Origin: an uncultured bacterium
GTDB taxonomy: Bacteria; Edwardsbacteria; CAYGWX01
Assembly: GCA_964353855.1 (NCBI GenBank)
Contig: CAYGWX010000008.1
Span: 1,958 to 65,957 of the forward strand
DNA: 64,000 nt
Direction: 5' to 3'
The stretch's first letter is position 1; every line of letters begins with the position of its first letter. A program made the translations under genes and the position numbers. This document shows positions 9,359 to 18,162 of this stretch, one piece after another. The notes under the pieces were generated by a model. It was not told the origin of the DNA, did not search any database, and saw only the letters and a list, made by a program, of their open reading frames with translations.

Positions 9359-9994
9359 TTGTTTCGTGGTTCAAAAAGCATTGTCCTGATAGGCCTTATC
9401 CTCCTCGTCGCGAGCGGGGCGTTAGCAGAACCCACGGGGAGTATCCTTGGTAGGGTGACAGACGCTAAGACGGGCGTGGTGCTACCCGATGCAGACGTGT
9501 TTATCTTGGACACAAAGAAGAATGCTGTTACGGATGAGAACGGCTACTTTGTAATAGAAAATGTTCCAGTAGGTACTTATACCCTTAAAGTTAAAATAAT
9601 TGGATATAAAGTTTCAGAAAAAACTGAAGCTACCGTTAACCAAGGCCGCACTACAATACAGGATTGCAAACTTGAACTGAAGAATCCCCCGTTAGAAGGT
9701 TCTACGACTATTGTTTCCACTGGTAAAATTACCGGCAAAGTGGAGGATGAAGGAACGTGGGAAGGACTGCCGATGGCGAAAGTGATTATAGTCGGCACAA
9801 AAATAAGCGTTACTACGGATTTGGACGGTAAGTTCACAATTGAAAACGTACCTGGTGGAACTTATAGACTTGAAGCAACGATGGTAGGTTTTAAGAGTTC
9901 AGTGGCAAAGCGCGTTCTTGTTATCCCAGGAAAAACCACGGTTAAAAAACTCAGACTAGAGATGGTTGTGTTTAAAAATTTTGTATTTTATTAA
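9359..9994 (+). CDS. Exported protein with two carboxypeptidase-regulatory-like (CarboxypepD_reg) domains, AT-rich, inserted in liv operon
   Basis: Two copies of G.I.G.V.D..T...LP.A.V.I..T......TD.DG.F.IENVP.GTY.L; likely TTG start at 9359 after GAAAGGA gives a clean signal peptide (ORF track starts 9314). Confidence 0.8.
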   Translation: MFRGSKSIVLIGLILLVASGALAEPTGSILGRVTDAKTGVVLPDADVFILDTKKNAVTDENGYFVIENVPVGTYTLKVKIIGYKVSEKTEATVNQGRTTIQDCKLELKNPPLEGSTTIVSTGKITGKVEDEGTWEGLPMAKVIIVGTKISVTTDLDGKFTIENVPGGTYRLEATMVGFKSSVAKRVLVIPGKTTVKKLRLEMVVFKNFVFY

Positions 9995-9996
9995 AC

Positions 9997-10773
9997 ATGA
10001 CTCTCCTTGAAGCCAAGAAAGTCACCAAACACTTCGGGGGCCTGAAGGCCCTCCACGAAGTGGACTTGAACGTCTCCTCAGGCGAGATCGTGGGGATGAT
10101 CGGGCCCAACGGGGCGGGCAAGACGACCTTCTTCAACTGCATCACGGGCATGCACCAGGCCACGAAGGGCGAGATCCAGTTCCACGGGAAGCACAGCCTG
10201 TGCGGCAAGCGCCCGGACGAGATCGCCAAATTGGGCATCGCCCGCACCTTCCAGAACATCCGCCTGTTCGGGGACATGACCGCCCTGGAGAACGTGATGC
10301 TGGGCCGGCACTGCCGGACCAGGGCCGGGTTCTGGGGCGCGGTGTTCACGCCCCCGGGTGTGCTCAAAGAGGAGCGCGAGACCGTGAAGCGGAGCCACGA
10401 ATTGCTCTCCTTCGTGGATCTGGCGGACTACGCCCAGGAGCGGGCCCGGAACCTGCCCTACGGGCTTCAGCGCAGATTGGAGATCGCCCGGGCCATGGCC
10501 ACAGAGCCGTCGCTCCTGTTCCTGGACGAGCCCGCGGCCGGGATGAACCCTCAGGAGGTGGGGGGCTTGATGGCCCTGATCCGCAGGATCCGGGACTCCG
10601 GGATCACCATCCTCCTGATCGAGCACCACATGAAGGTCGTGATGGGGATCTGCGAAAGGGTCGCGGTGCTGGATTACGGCCTGAAGATTGCGGAGGGGGC
10701 ACCCGCAGAGATCCAATGCGACCCCAAGGTCATCGAGGCCTACCTGGGCAAAGACGAGGAGTGCATCACCTAA
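9997..10773 (+). CDS. livG: Branched-chain amino acid ABC ATPase
   Basis: GPNGAGKTT, LPYGLQRRLEIARA, LDEPAAG. Confidence 0.95.
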   Translation: MTLLEAKKVTKHFGGLKALHEVDLNVSSGEIVGMIGPNGAGKTTFFNCITGMHQATKGEIQFHGKHSLCGKRPDEIAKLGIARTFQNIRLFGDMTALENVMLGRHCRTRAGFWGAVFTPPGVLKEERETVKRSHELLSFVDLADYAQERARNLPYGLQRRLEIARAMATEPSLLFLDEPAAGMNPQEVGGLMALIRRIRDSGITILLIEHHMKVVMGICERVAVLDYGLKIAEGAPAEIQCDPKVIEAYLGKDEECIT

Positions 10774-10868
10774 ATGGGGTTAGACGGTTGGACGGTTAGG
10801 CCGTTCGACGGTAAAAGAGGTTTCCCGGTTCGACGAACAACGAACAACCAAAAACCGACCACTTTATT

Positions 10869-11594
10869 TTGAACGATCAGCCGACACCGGTATTAGAGCT
10901 CAAAGGGGTCCGCACGCATTACGGCCGGATAGAAGCCCTGAAGGGCATCTCGCTGCACTTGAAGAAGGGCGAGATCGTGACCCTGATCGGGGCCAACGGC
11001 GCGGGAAAGACCACCACCCTGATGGCCATCTCCGGGGTCGTGAAGCGCACCTCCGGGGAGGTGTTCTACGAGGGCAAATCCACCTCAGGGATGAGCCCCC
11101 AGGCCCTGGTCGCGGCCGGCATCTCCCAGGTGCCCGAGGGCCGGAGGATCTTTCCCCGCCTGACGGTCCTGGAGAACCTGGAAATGGGGGCGTTCACCCG
11201 CAAGGACAAGGCCGGCATCCGGCAGGACCTGGAGATGGTTTTCTCCCAGTTCCCGATCCTCAAGGACCGGAGAAGCCAGAAGGGCGGCACGCTTTCGGGA
11301 GGGGAGCAGCAGATGCTGGCCATCGCACGGGGCCTGATGGCCAAGCCCAAGCTCCTGCTCCTGGACGAGCCCTCCCTGGGCCTGGCTCCGCTCCTGGTGG
11401 AGCAGATCTTCCAGATCATCGCCGGGATCCAGAAGCAGGGCGTGACCATCTTCCTGGTGGAGCAGAACGCGCTCAAGGCGCTCAGGGCCGCGGACCGGGG
11501 TTACGTCCTGGAGAACGGGGCCATCGCCCTGGAAGGCAAGGCGAGCGAGCTTCTTCAGAACGAGAAAGTCAAGGCGTCCTATCTGGGAGCGTAG
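10869..11594 (+). CDS. livF: Branched-chain amino acid ABC ATPase
   Basis: GANGAGKTT, VPEGRRIF, LSGGEQQMLAIARGL, LDEPSLGLAP. Confidence 0.95.
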   Translation: MNDQPTPVLELKGVRTHYGRIEALKGISLHLKKGEIVTLIGANGAGKTTTLMAISGVVKRTSGEVFYEGKSTSGMSPQALVAAGISQVPEGRRIFPRLTVLENLEMGAFTRKDKAGIRQDLEMVFSQFPILKDRRSQKGGTLSGGEQQMLAIARGLMAKPKLLLLDEPSLGLAPLLVEQIFQIIAGIQKQGVTIFLVEQNALKALRAADRGYVLENGAIALEGKASELLQNEKVKASYLGA

Positions 11595-11626
11595 CGTGTC
11601 TCGAGGCTTGGATGTTGCAGCCGATC

Positions 11627-11654
11627 TAAAATCCGAAGTCCAAAATCCAAAATG
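11627..11654 (+). repeat. Heptamer array (CAAAATC-type) ending in the HD-GYP start codon
   Basis: taaaatc cgaagtc caaaatc caaaATG. Confidence 0.75.
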
Positions 11655-12710
11655 AAAAACAAGATCCTGCTCGTCTCCAGCGATCACGAGACCTGGACCT
11701 GGGCCTCCCGGATCCTCACCGAGCGGGGCCACGAGGTCATCGAGGCCTACAACGGGGAAGAGGGCCTGATCCTGGCCCGGCAGGAGATGCCGGACCTGAT
11801 CGTGGCCGACATGGCCCTGCCCCGGATGGACGGCCTGGAGATGAGGCGCCGCCTGCTCTCGGATCCGCTCGTGGCCTCCCTGCCCGTGATCCTGATCGTG
11901 GACCGGGAGGAGGTCGCCGGGCACCTGGAAGTCCTCCAGACCCTGGTGGAGGATTTCCTGATCCGTCCCCCCCTGGTGGCCTCGGAGTTCGTGCTTCGGG
12001 TGGAGCGGGCCCTGGCCTCGGGCACCCGCGAGCGGGACCCCAGACGGGACATCCAGGACACCCTCCTGAAGCTCACCCACCGCGAGCTCTCCCGGGCCTA
12101 CGCGGAGCTGCAGAACGTCACCGTGGACATCATCAAGTCCCTGGCCATGGCCCTGGAAGCCCGGGACGCCTATACCCGCGGCCATTCCGGGCGGGTGGGC
12201 CAGTATGCCGCGGCGCTGGGGCGCGCCCTGGGCTGGAAATCCCACGAGGTGGCCGACATCGAGACCGTCGGGGTGCTGCACGACATCGGGAAGATCGGGA
12301 TCTCGGACCGCATCCTCCTCAAGCCCCGGAAGCTGACCCCGGCCGAGTTCGAGATCATGAAGAGCCATCCCCGGATGAGCGCGGAGATCCTCACCCCCCT
12401 GCCCAATCTCCAGCACCTCCTCCCGGCCATCCGCTACCACCACGAGTTCTACCAGGGCGGGGGGTACCCCGAGGGCCTGGTGGGCGAGGCCATCCCTTTG
12501 GGCGCGCGGGTCATCCTGATCGCCGACGCCTATGAAGCGATGACCTCGGACCGCACCTACCGCAAAGGCCCGGGGCACGTCTGGGCCCTGGACCAGCTCA
12601 AGCGCTACGCCGGCAAGCAGTTCGATCCCCAGCTCGTGCCCATCTTCGAACAGGTCGCCGCCCAGCTTCCCCCGGCCCAGAGAAAGTTGGAGGCGGGGAG
12701 CGGGGGGTGA
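11652..12710 (+). CDS. Response regulator with HD-GYP c-di-GMP phosphodiesterase domain
   Basis: REC (IVADMALPRMDG); YTRGHSGRV, LHDIGKIG, HHEFYQGGGYPEGL, ADAYEAMTSDRTYR. Confidence 0.92.
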   Translation: MKNKILLVSSDHETWTWASRILTERGHEVIEAYNGEEGLILARQEMPDLIVADMALPRMDGLEMRRRLLSDPLVASLPVILIVDREEVAGHLEVLQTLVEDFLIRPPLVASEFVLRVERALASGTRERDPRRDIQDTLLKLTHRELSRAYAELQNVTVDIIKSLAMALEARDAYTRGHSGRVGQYAAALGRALGWKSHEVADIETVGVLHDIGKIGISDRILLKPRKLTPAEFEIMKSHPRMSAEILTPLPNLQHLLPAIRYHHEFYQGGGYPEGLVGEAIPLGARVILIADAYEAMTSDRTYRKGPGHVWALDQLKRYAGKQFDPQLVPIFEQVAAQLPPAQRKLEAGSGG

Positions 12711-12760
12711 TCGGAACAGGCGACATCATGGGGCGAGCAAGGGAAGGTTACTTGGAAATA

Positions 12761-12802
12761 ATAAATCCGCATTCCAAAATCCAAAATCGAAAATGAGAAA
12801 TG
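12761..12802 (+). repeat. Heptamer array (CAAAATC-type) ending in the smc start codon
   Basis: ataaatc cgcattc caaaatc caaaatc gaaaatg agaaATG. Confidence 0.75.
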
Positions 12803-15800
12803 TATCTTAGCCGCCTGGAGCTGTTCGGTTTCAAGTCGTTCCCTTACCACTTAGAACTGGAGCTGGGCGCGGGCCTTACGGCCATCGTGGGCCCGAACGG
12901 CTGCGGCAAGACCAATCTTCTGGACGCGATCCGCTGGGCGATGGGCGAGCAGAGCGCCAAGACCCTGAGGAGCGAGTCCATGGAGGACGTGATCTTCAGC
13001 GGGACCAAGGACCAGAAGCCCCTGTCCCTGGCCGAGGCCACCCTGATCTTCAACAACGAGGACCGCGGCCTGCCCGTGGACTACAGCGAGGTGGAGATCA
13101 CCCGCCGGCTTTTCCGGTCCGGGGAGAGCGAGTACTACCTGAACAAGCAGCTCTGCCGCCTGAAAGACCTCACCGACCTGCTCCTGAACACCGGGCTGGG
13201 CGCGGACAGCTATGCCGTGATCGAGCTCCGGATGATCGACGCGGTGCTGTCCGAGGACCCCGGCGAGCGCCGGCTCCTGTTCGAGGAGGCCGCGGGCGTG
13301 GCCAAGTACCGCCGGCAGAGGAGGGAGACCCTGCGCAAGCTGGAGGCCACCGAGGCCGATCTCCTGAGGCTCAGCGACATCGCCAGCGAGGTGGAGAAGC
13401 GGGTCCGCTCCCTCAAGCGGCAGGTCCGGCAGGCCGAAGCCTACCAGGAGCTCAGGGCCGGGCTCATCGAAAAGGAGAAGCTCCTGGGCGGGCGGACCCT
13501 CTTCGCCCTGGACCGGGAGGAGAAGGTGCTCCAGGAGGAGGGCGGGAGGCTTTCCTCGGCGCGGGAGGAGCAGGCCCGGGCCCTGACCCGCAAGGAGACC
13601 GAGACCGAGGACCTGCGCCTGAAGATCCAGGCCAACGAGGACGGCCTGACCCGGGTCCAGGAGAAGCTGGACGGGGTCTCGGACCAGCTCCGCACCCTGG
13701 AGCAGGAAGCCGCGGGCGCCCGGGAGAGGCGGGAGGGGCTGGAGCGGGGCATCGCGGACCGGGAGCGGGACATCCGCGACCTCCTGGAAAGGATCGGCAC
13801 GGCCGAGGCCCGGGTGAAGGAGGGCCGGACCGAGGTGGAGGCCAAGGTCAGGGACATCCACGCCCTGGAGCTCTCCCTCGCATCCAAGGAAGAGAACCTG
13901 GCCCGGGCCCAGGACGAGCACCAGAAGCAGCGCGTGGCCGTGGGCGCGATCCAGCAGCGCATCTTCGAGAGGGTCCGGGAGGAATCCGAGGAGCGGAACC
14001 AGCTCTCGCTGTTCACGGTCCGCCTGGAGGGCATCTCCCAGCGCGCCGGCCGGCTCATCCAGGAGCGGTCGGCCGAGGAGGAGACCCTGAAGAAACTTGC
14101 CCAGGAGACCGTCCAGGCCGAGGCCGAGAGGGAGGAAGCCCGGGGAGCCGCGGACAGGCTCAAGGAAGAGGAGGGCGCTCTCCGGGAGGCCCGGCTCAAG
14201 GCCGAGGAGGAGGCCAAGAGGCTGGCCCAGAAGGCTGGAGACCTGTCCCAGGCCCTGGAGCTGAAAAGGGCCGAGCTTGCGCTCTTAGAGGGACTGGTGG
14301 CGGGCCGCGAGGGCTATTCCGACGGCGTGCGCACCCTGTTGTCCGAGGTTCCGGGGATGGCCACGGTTGCCGATGCCATCGAGGCGGAGCCCCCCTACAT
14401 CCGGGCCATCGAAGCCGCCCTGGGGGAGAAGCTGGAATGGGTCCTCCTGGAGCGCTCCGAGCAGGTGAAGACCGCCATCGCCCTGTTAAGGTCCAAGCGC
14501 CAGGGACAGGTCACCCTGGTCCCCCTGGACCGGGTCACGGGCAAGGACAAGGGGAAGGGGCGCAAGCCCGAGGGCTCGGACGGGTTCGCCAGGGATTTCG
14601 TGAAAGTCAGGGAGCCCCGGTTCGCGGGGGCCGTGGAGCAGCTGCTCAAAGACGTGGTCGTGGTCCGGGATTACGACACGGCCCTGCTTCTCCTGGGGAG
14701 AAGGGAGAACTCCGGCTTCGCGTTCGTGACCCTGGACGGGGAGGTGGTCCAGCATTCGGGCATCGTGACCTATCTGGGCGAGGGCGGGGAGAAGGCCGGG
14801 CACCTGGAGCGGAAGCGCCGGATCGAGGAATTGCGCCACGAGCTCGCGGTCGGGGACTTCGACCTCAAGGAGGCCAGGCGTTCCCAGGAACGGGGAGAGG
14901 CCGTGGCCTACCAGGCGGTCTCCAGCCTGCAGGACTGCGTGTCCCGTCAGGAGAAGGAGTCCCTGAGGGTCCGCGAGGCCGAGGCCCGCATCGAGCGGGC
15001 CGGATTCCAGTCCGGGCGTGCGCGGGAACGGCGCGAGGCCCTGGACGCCGAGGCCAAGGGGCTTTCCGAGGAGCAGAACACCCTGGCCCTGTCCTTCCGG
15101 GAAGCCGAGACCTCCTTTGCCGTGGCCGTGGAGGAAAAGGAGCGGGAGGAGCACTTCCTCGTCGAAGAGGAGGCCCGGCTCCTGGCCCAGGAGACCAAAC
15201 GGCAGGACCTCGCGGCTGAGGCCAACGAGATGAAGGTGCGCCTGGCCGAGGAGCGGGGGGAGCGGGAGAAGCTCCTGGCCGAGATGGAGGCCCTGTCCCG
15301 GACGAAGGCCCTTGCCATGGAGGAGATCACCCGCAAGCGCGGGGAGCAGGCCGCCTCCGAGTCCCAGATCCTCGCCCTGCAGGAGGTCGTGGCCCGGGAG
15401 GAGTCCGAGATGGCCGCCCTGCAGGAGAGCCGCCAGGCCCTGCTCCGGGACCGGGGCCGGGTGGAGGTCGAGTCGCGGGGCCTGCTCGAGGCCCTGAAAC
15501 AGGCCGAGGGGGCCCTGCACGCCCTGATCAAGGAGGGGGACCGGGTCTCGGAGGCGGCCTACGAGGGCAGCCTGCGCCTCTCCCATATCGGGATGGAGCG
15601 CCAGTCTCTCCAGGAGCGGCTCAAGGAGGAGTACGACCTGACCGTGGAGCTCCTGGAGTCGGATGAGCCGCTCGATACGCTCCGGGCCGAGACCGAGGAG
15701 CTGCGCATGAAGCTCAAGCGCTTCGGAGCCGTGAACCTCGTGGCCCTGGAGGAGTTCCAGGAGGAGGAGAAGCGCTTCACCTTCCTCACCGCCCAGAAGG

Positions 15801-16339
15801 AGGATCTGGAGAAAGCCAGGACCGACCTGCGGGCCTCGATCACCAAGATAGACGAGACCGCGCGGGCGATCTTCGTGGAGACCTTCGCCAAGATCCAGGA
15901 GGGCTTCCGCAAGGTCTTCTCCACCCTGTTCTCGGGCGGGGAGGCGGAGCTCGCGCTGGTCGGCGAGGGGGACCCCCTGGAGGCGGAGATAGACATCCTG
16001 GCCAACCCCGAGGGCAAGCGCCTGCGCTCCATCGCCCTCCTGTCCGGGGGGGAGCGCACCCTGACGGCCATCTCGCTCCTGTTCGGGATCTACCTGGTGA
16101 AGCCGGCCCCGTTCTGCGTCCTGGACGAGGTGGACGCGCCCCTGGACGACGCCAACATCGGGCGGTTCGTGAAACTGATGAACGAGTTCAAGCAGAACAC
16201 CCAGTTCGCGATCATCACCCACAACAAGAAGACCATGGAGGCCGCGGACCGGCTCTACGGGGTGACCATGGAGGAGCCCGGGGTGTCCAAGGTGGTCAGC
16301 GTGAGGTTCGACCGGGCCAAGGTCATGGCCGGGGCTTGA
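12800..16339 (+). CDS. smc: Chromosome segregation protein SMC
   Basis: GFKSF, GPNGCGKTN, FEEAAGV, hinge region, LSGGERTL, CVLDEVDAPLDDAN; long coiled coils; 1179 aa. Confidence 0.97.
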   Translation: MYLSRLELFGFKSFPYHLELELGAGLTAIVGPNGCGKTNLLDAIRWAMGEQSAKTLRSESMEDVIFSGTKDQKPLSLAEATLIFNNEDRGLPVDYSEVEITRRLFRSGESEYYLNKQLCRLKDLTDLLLNTGLGADSYAVIELRMIDAVLSEDPGERRLLFEEAAGVAKYRRQRRETLRKLEATEADLLRLSDIASEVEKRVRSLKRQVRQAEAYQELRAGLIEKEKLLGGRTLFALDREEKVLQEEGGRLSSAREEQARALTRKETETEDLRLKIQANEDGLTRVQEKLDGVSDQLRTLEQEAAGARERREGLERGIADRERDIRDLLERIGTAEARVKEGRTEVEAKVRDIHALELSLASKEENLARAQDEHQKQRVAVGAIQQRIFERVREESEERNQLSLFTVRLEGISQRAGRLIQERSAEEETLKKLAQETVQAEAEREEARGAADRLKEEEGALREARLKAEEEAKRLAQKAGDLSQALELKRAELALLEGLVAGREGYSDGVRTLLSEVPGMATVADAIEAEPPYIRAIEAALGEKLEWVLLERSEQVKTAIALLRSKRQGQVTLVPLDRVTGKDKGKGRKPEGSDGFARDFVKVREPRFAGAVEQLLKDVVVVRDYDTALLLLGRRENSGFAFVTLDGEVVQHSGIVTYLGEGGEKAGHLERKRRIEELRHELAVGDFDLKEARRSQERGEAVAYQAVSSLQDCVSRQEKESLRVREAEARIERAGFQSGRARERREALDAEAKGLSEEQNTLALSFREAETSFAVAVEEKEREEHFLVEEEARLLAQETKRQDLAAEANEMKVRLAEERGEREKLLAEMEALSRTKALAMEEITRKRGEQAASESQILALQEVVAREESEMAALQESRQALLRDRGRVEVESRGLLEALKQAEGALHALIKEGDRVSEAAYEGSLRLSHIGMERQSLQERLKEEYDLTVELLESDEPLDTLRAETEELRMKLKRFGAVNLVALEEFQEEEKRFTFLTAQKEDLEKARTDLRASITKIDETARAIFVETFAKIQEGFRKVFSTLFSGGEAELALVGEGDPLEAEIDILANPEGKRLRSIALLSGGERTLTAISLLFGIYLVKPAPFCVLDEVDAPLDDANIGRFVKLMNEFKQNTQFAIITHNKKTMEAADRLYGVTMEEPGVSKVVSVRFDRAKVMAGA

Positions 16340-16453
16340 CAGGGGAGGCCGGGAATTGCTATGATGATTGCGGCGTCGGTAAACTGCATCCTGGAGACGG
16401 GGTGCGGCGAGTCAAAAGAACCCCCGATTCTATCGGGGCGCCTTTTTATTCCG

Positions 16454-16672
16454 AATCGGGAAGTCCCTAACCGGAATCGGGACGTCCCGGTCGGGGATAG
16501 GGACTTCCCTATCGGGAAGCGGGAAGTCCCGGATGGCAGGCAGGAGGTCCCGGATGGCAGGCAGGAGGTCCCGGATGGGAGGCGGGAGGTCCCGGACGGG
16601 AAGCGGGAGGTCCCGGATGGGAAGCGGGAGGTCCCGGATGGCAATCGGGAAGTCCCGGACGGGAATCGGGAA
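16454..16672 (+). repeat. 21-bp tandem array, about 10.5 units, each with an internal imperfect palindrome CGGGA(A/G/C)GTCCCG
   Basis: Consensus aa(g/t)cggga(a/g)gtcccgga(t/c)gg(g/c), contiguous with no spacers; open on + as (R-E-V-P-D-G-K/N)n in ORF 16361-16684. Confidence 0.9.
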
Positions 16673-16795
16673 GGGGGTGATTAAAGGGCTAAGCACAATC
16701 AGGTCAGTCAGTTAGGATGAAATACAAGGAGAAAGGAGCACCCGACCAAGATTTGGCCGGGTGGGTGAAAACCCCCAATCTGGAAGGAGGAGGAG

Positions 16796-17977
16796 ATGAG
16801 AAGGCTTTTTGGTTTTATCCTGATTCTGGCCTTCGCCGTGCCCGCCTCGGCCGGATGGGTGAGCCAGACCTCGGGGACAACCCAAATCCTTCAATCCGTC
16901 CATTTCCCCGTGGATGCCTCAACAGGATATGCTGTGGGGGGCTGGGGCACCATCCTTAAGACTACGGATGGGGGGGCGAGTTGGGATAGTTTGGCCTCTG
17001 GGACGACCTATGTCCTTTACTCGGTCCATTTCCCCGTGGATGCTTCAACCGGGTATGTCGTGGGGGCGGGCGGCACCATCCTCAAAACCACGAATGGTGG
17101 AACGAACTGGGTCCCTCAGAACTCGGGCACGCGCCGATGGCTTTACTCCGTACATTTCCCTGTAGATGCCTCTATCGGGTATACCGTGGGGTGGGTTGGC
17201 ACTATTCTCAAGACCACGGATGGTGGAGCGAACTGGACGTCCCAGCCCTCGGGCACAACCTATGACCTTACCTCTGTCCATTTCCCTGTGGATGCCTCTA
17301 CCGGGTATACCGTGGGGTGGGTTGGCACTATTCTCAAGACTACGGATGGGGGAGCGAACTGGGCTTCCCAGTCGGGCACAACCGTTGGGCTTCAATCTGT
17401 CCATTTCCCCGTAGATGCTCAAACCGGTTTTACCGTGGGGGGTGGTATGATCATCAAGACCACAAACGGTGGTTCGATCTGGAATAGCCTTTCTTACGTG
17501 CCCGCTGCCCTTGGCTCCGTACACTTTCCGGCGGATGCCCAGACCGGGTATGTCGTGGGGGATATGGGTACGATCATCAAGACCACGGACGGGGGCGCGA
17601 GTTGGACGAGGTCGGTCTCCGGGACGAGCAATTACCTTTTCTCCGTCCATTTTCCTATGGATACTCAGACCGGGTATGCCGTGGGGAGTGAAGGCACAAT
17701 CCTAAAAACCACGGACGGGGGGGCGAGCGGTGTGGAGAACGCAGAGGTTAGAGGTCAGAGGTTAGAGGTTAGAATAACCGCGAAACCGAATCCCTTCACC
17801 TCCTTCGCCACACTGCCCGGACACGAGGGGGAGCGGTTCAGCCTCTACGACGTCTCCGGGAGGAAGGTCGGGACCTACCGGGGCGACCGGGTCGGGGAGG
17901 GGCTTAAAGCCGGGGTCTACTTCCTGCGTTCATCGGACAGCAAAGACAAGCCCCTGCGGATTGTGAAGGTGAGATAA
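16796..17977 (+). CDS. Secreted YCF48/BNR-like 7-repeat beta-propeller with short T9SS-like C-terminal tail
   Basis: Signal peptide; 7 x ~42-aa SVHFPVDAxTGYxVGxxGTILKTTDGGxxW; tail PNPF...YDVSGR...GVYFL...RIVKVR. Confidence 0.9.
   Translation: MRRLFGFILILAFAVPASAGWVSQTSGTTQILQSVHFPVDASTGYAVGGWGTILKTTDGGASWDSLASGTTYVLYSVHFPVDASTGYVVGAGGTILKTTNGGTNWVPQNSGTRRWLYSVHFPVDASIGYTVGWVGTILKTTDGGANWTSQPSGTTYDLTSVHFPVDASTGYTVGWVGTILKTTDGGANWASQSGTTVGLQSVHFPVDAQTGFTVGGGMIIKTTNGGSIWNSLSYVPAALGSVHFPADAQTGYVVGDMGTIIKTTDGGASWTRSVSGTSNYLFSVHFPMDTQTGYAVGSEGTILKTTDGGASGVENAEVRGQRLEVRITAKPNPFTSFATLPGHEGERFSLYDVSGRKVGTYRGDRVGEGLKAGVYFLRSSDSKDKPLRIVKVR
17743..17773 (+). repeat. Heptamer array (AGAGGTT) x4 inside the CDS linker
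   Basis: agaggtt agaggtc agaggtt agaggtt, encoding EVRGQRLEVR. Confidence 0.8.
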
Positions 17978-17984
17978 CCCCACC

Positions 17985-18069
17985 CCCTCTTCTCCCCCTC
18001 CCCGAAAGCTTTCGGAGAGGGGGAAGGGGGAGAGGTCAAGGGCCCCGATATATCGGGGCCTCTTTTTAT
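17985..18069 (+). terminator. REP-like long hairpin followed by intrinsic terminator
   Basis: C/T-rich arm, ccgaaagctttcgg core and G/A-rich arm; then GGCCCCGATA/TATCGGGGCC followed by TCTTTTT. Confidence 0.65.
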
Positions 18070-18162
18070 TGTCCACAGTCCACGGCCTACAGTCGCCCCC
18101 CGGCCCCTTCAGAAGCGCCGTTCTTGTATTGCTGTCGTAACCTATGGTAAAATAAAACCACT

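Noticed and set aside
11085-16222. Long antisense ORFs (11085-12578, 12851-13921, 14486-16222)
   Set aside because: Shadows of high-GC sense genes (livF, HD-GYP, smc); no motifs; typical of GC3-rich codon usage
16454-16672. CRISPR array
   Set aside because: Units are contiguous 21-mers with no unique spacers; no cas genes in the window
16796-17977. Photosystem II assembly function implied by YCF48 similarity
   Set aside because: Only the repeat fold is shared; no photosynthesis genes, and a secretion tail is present
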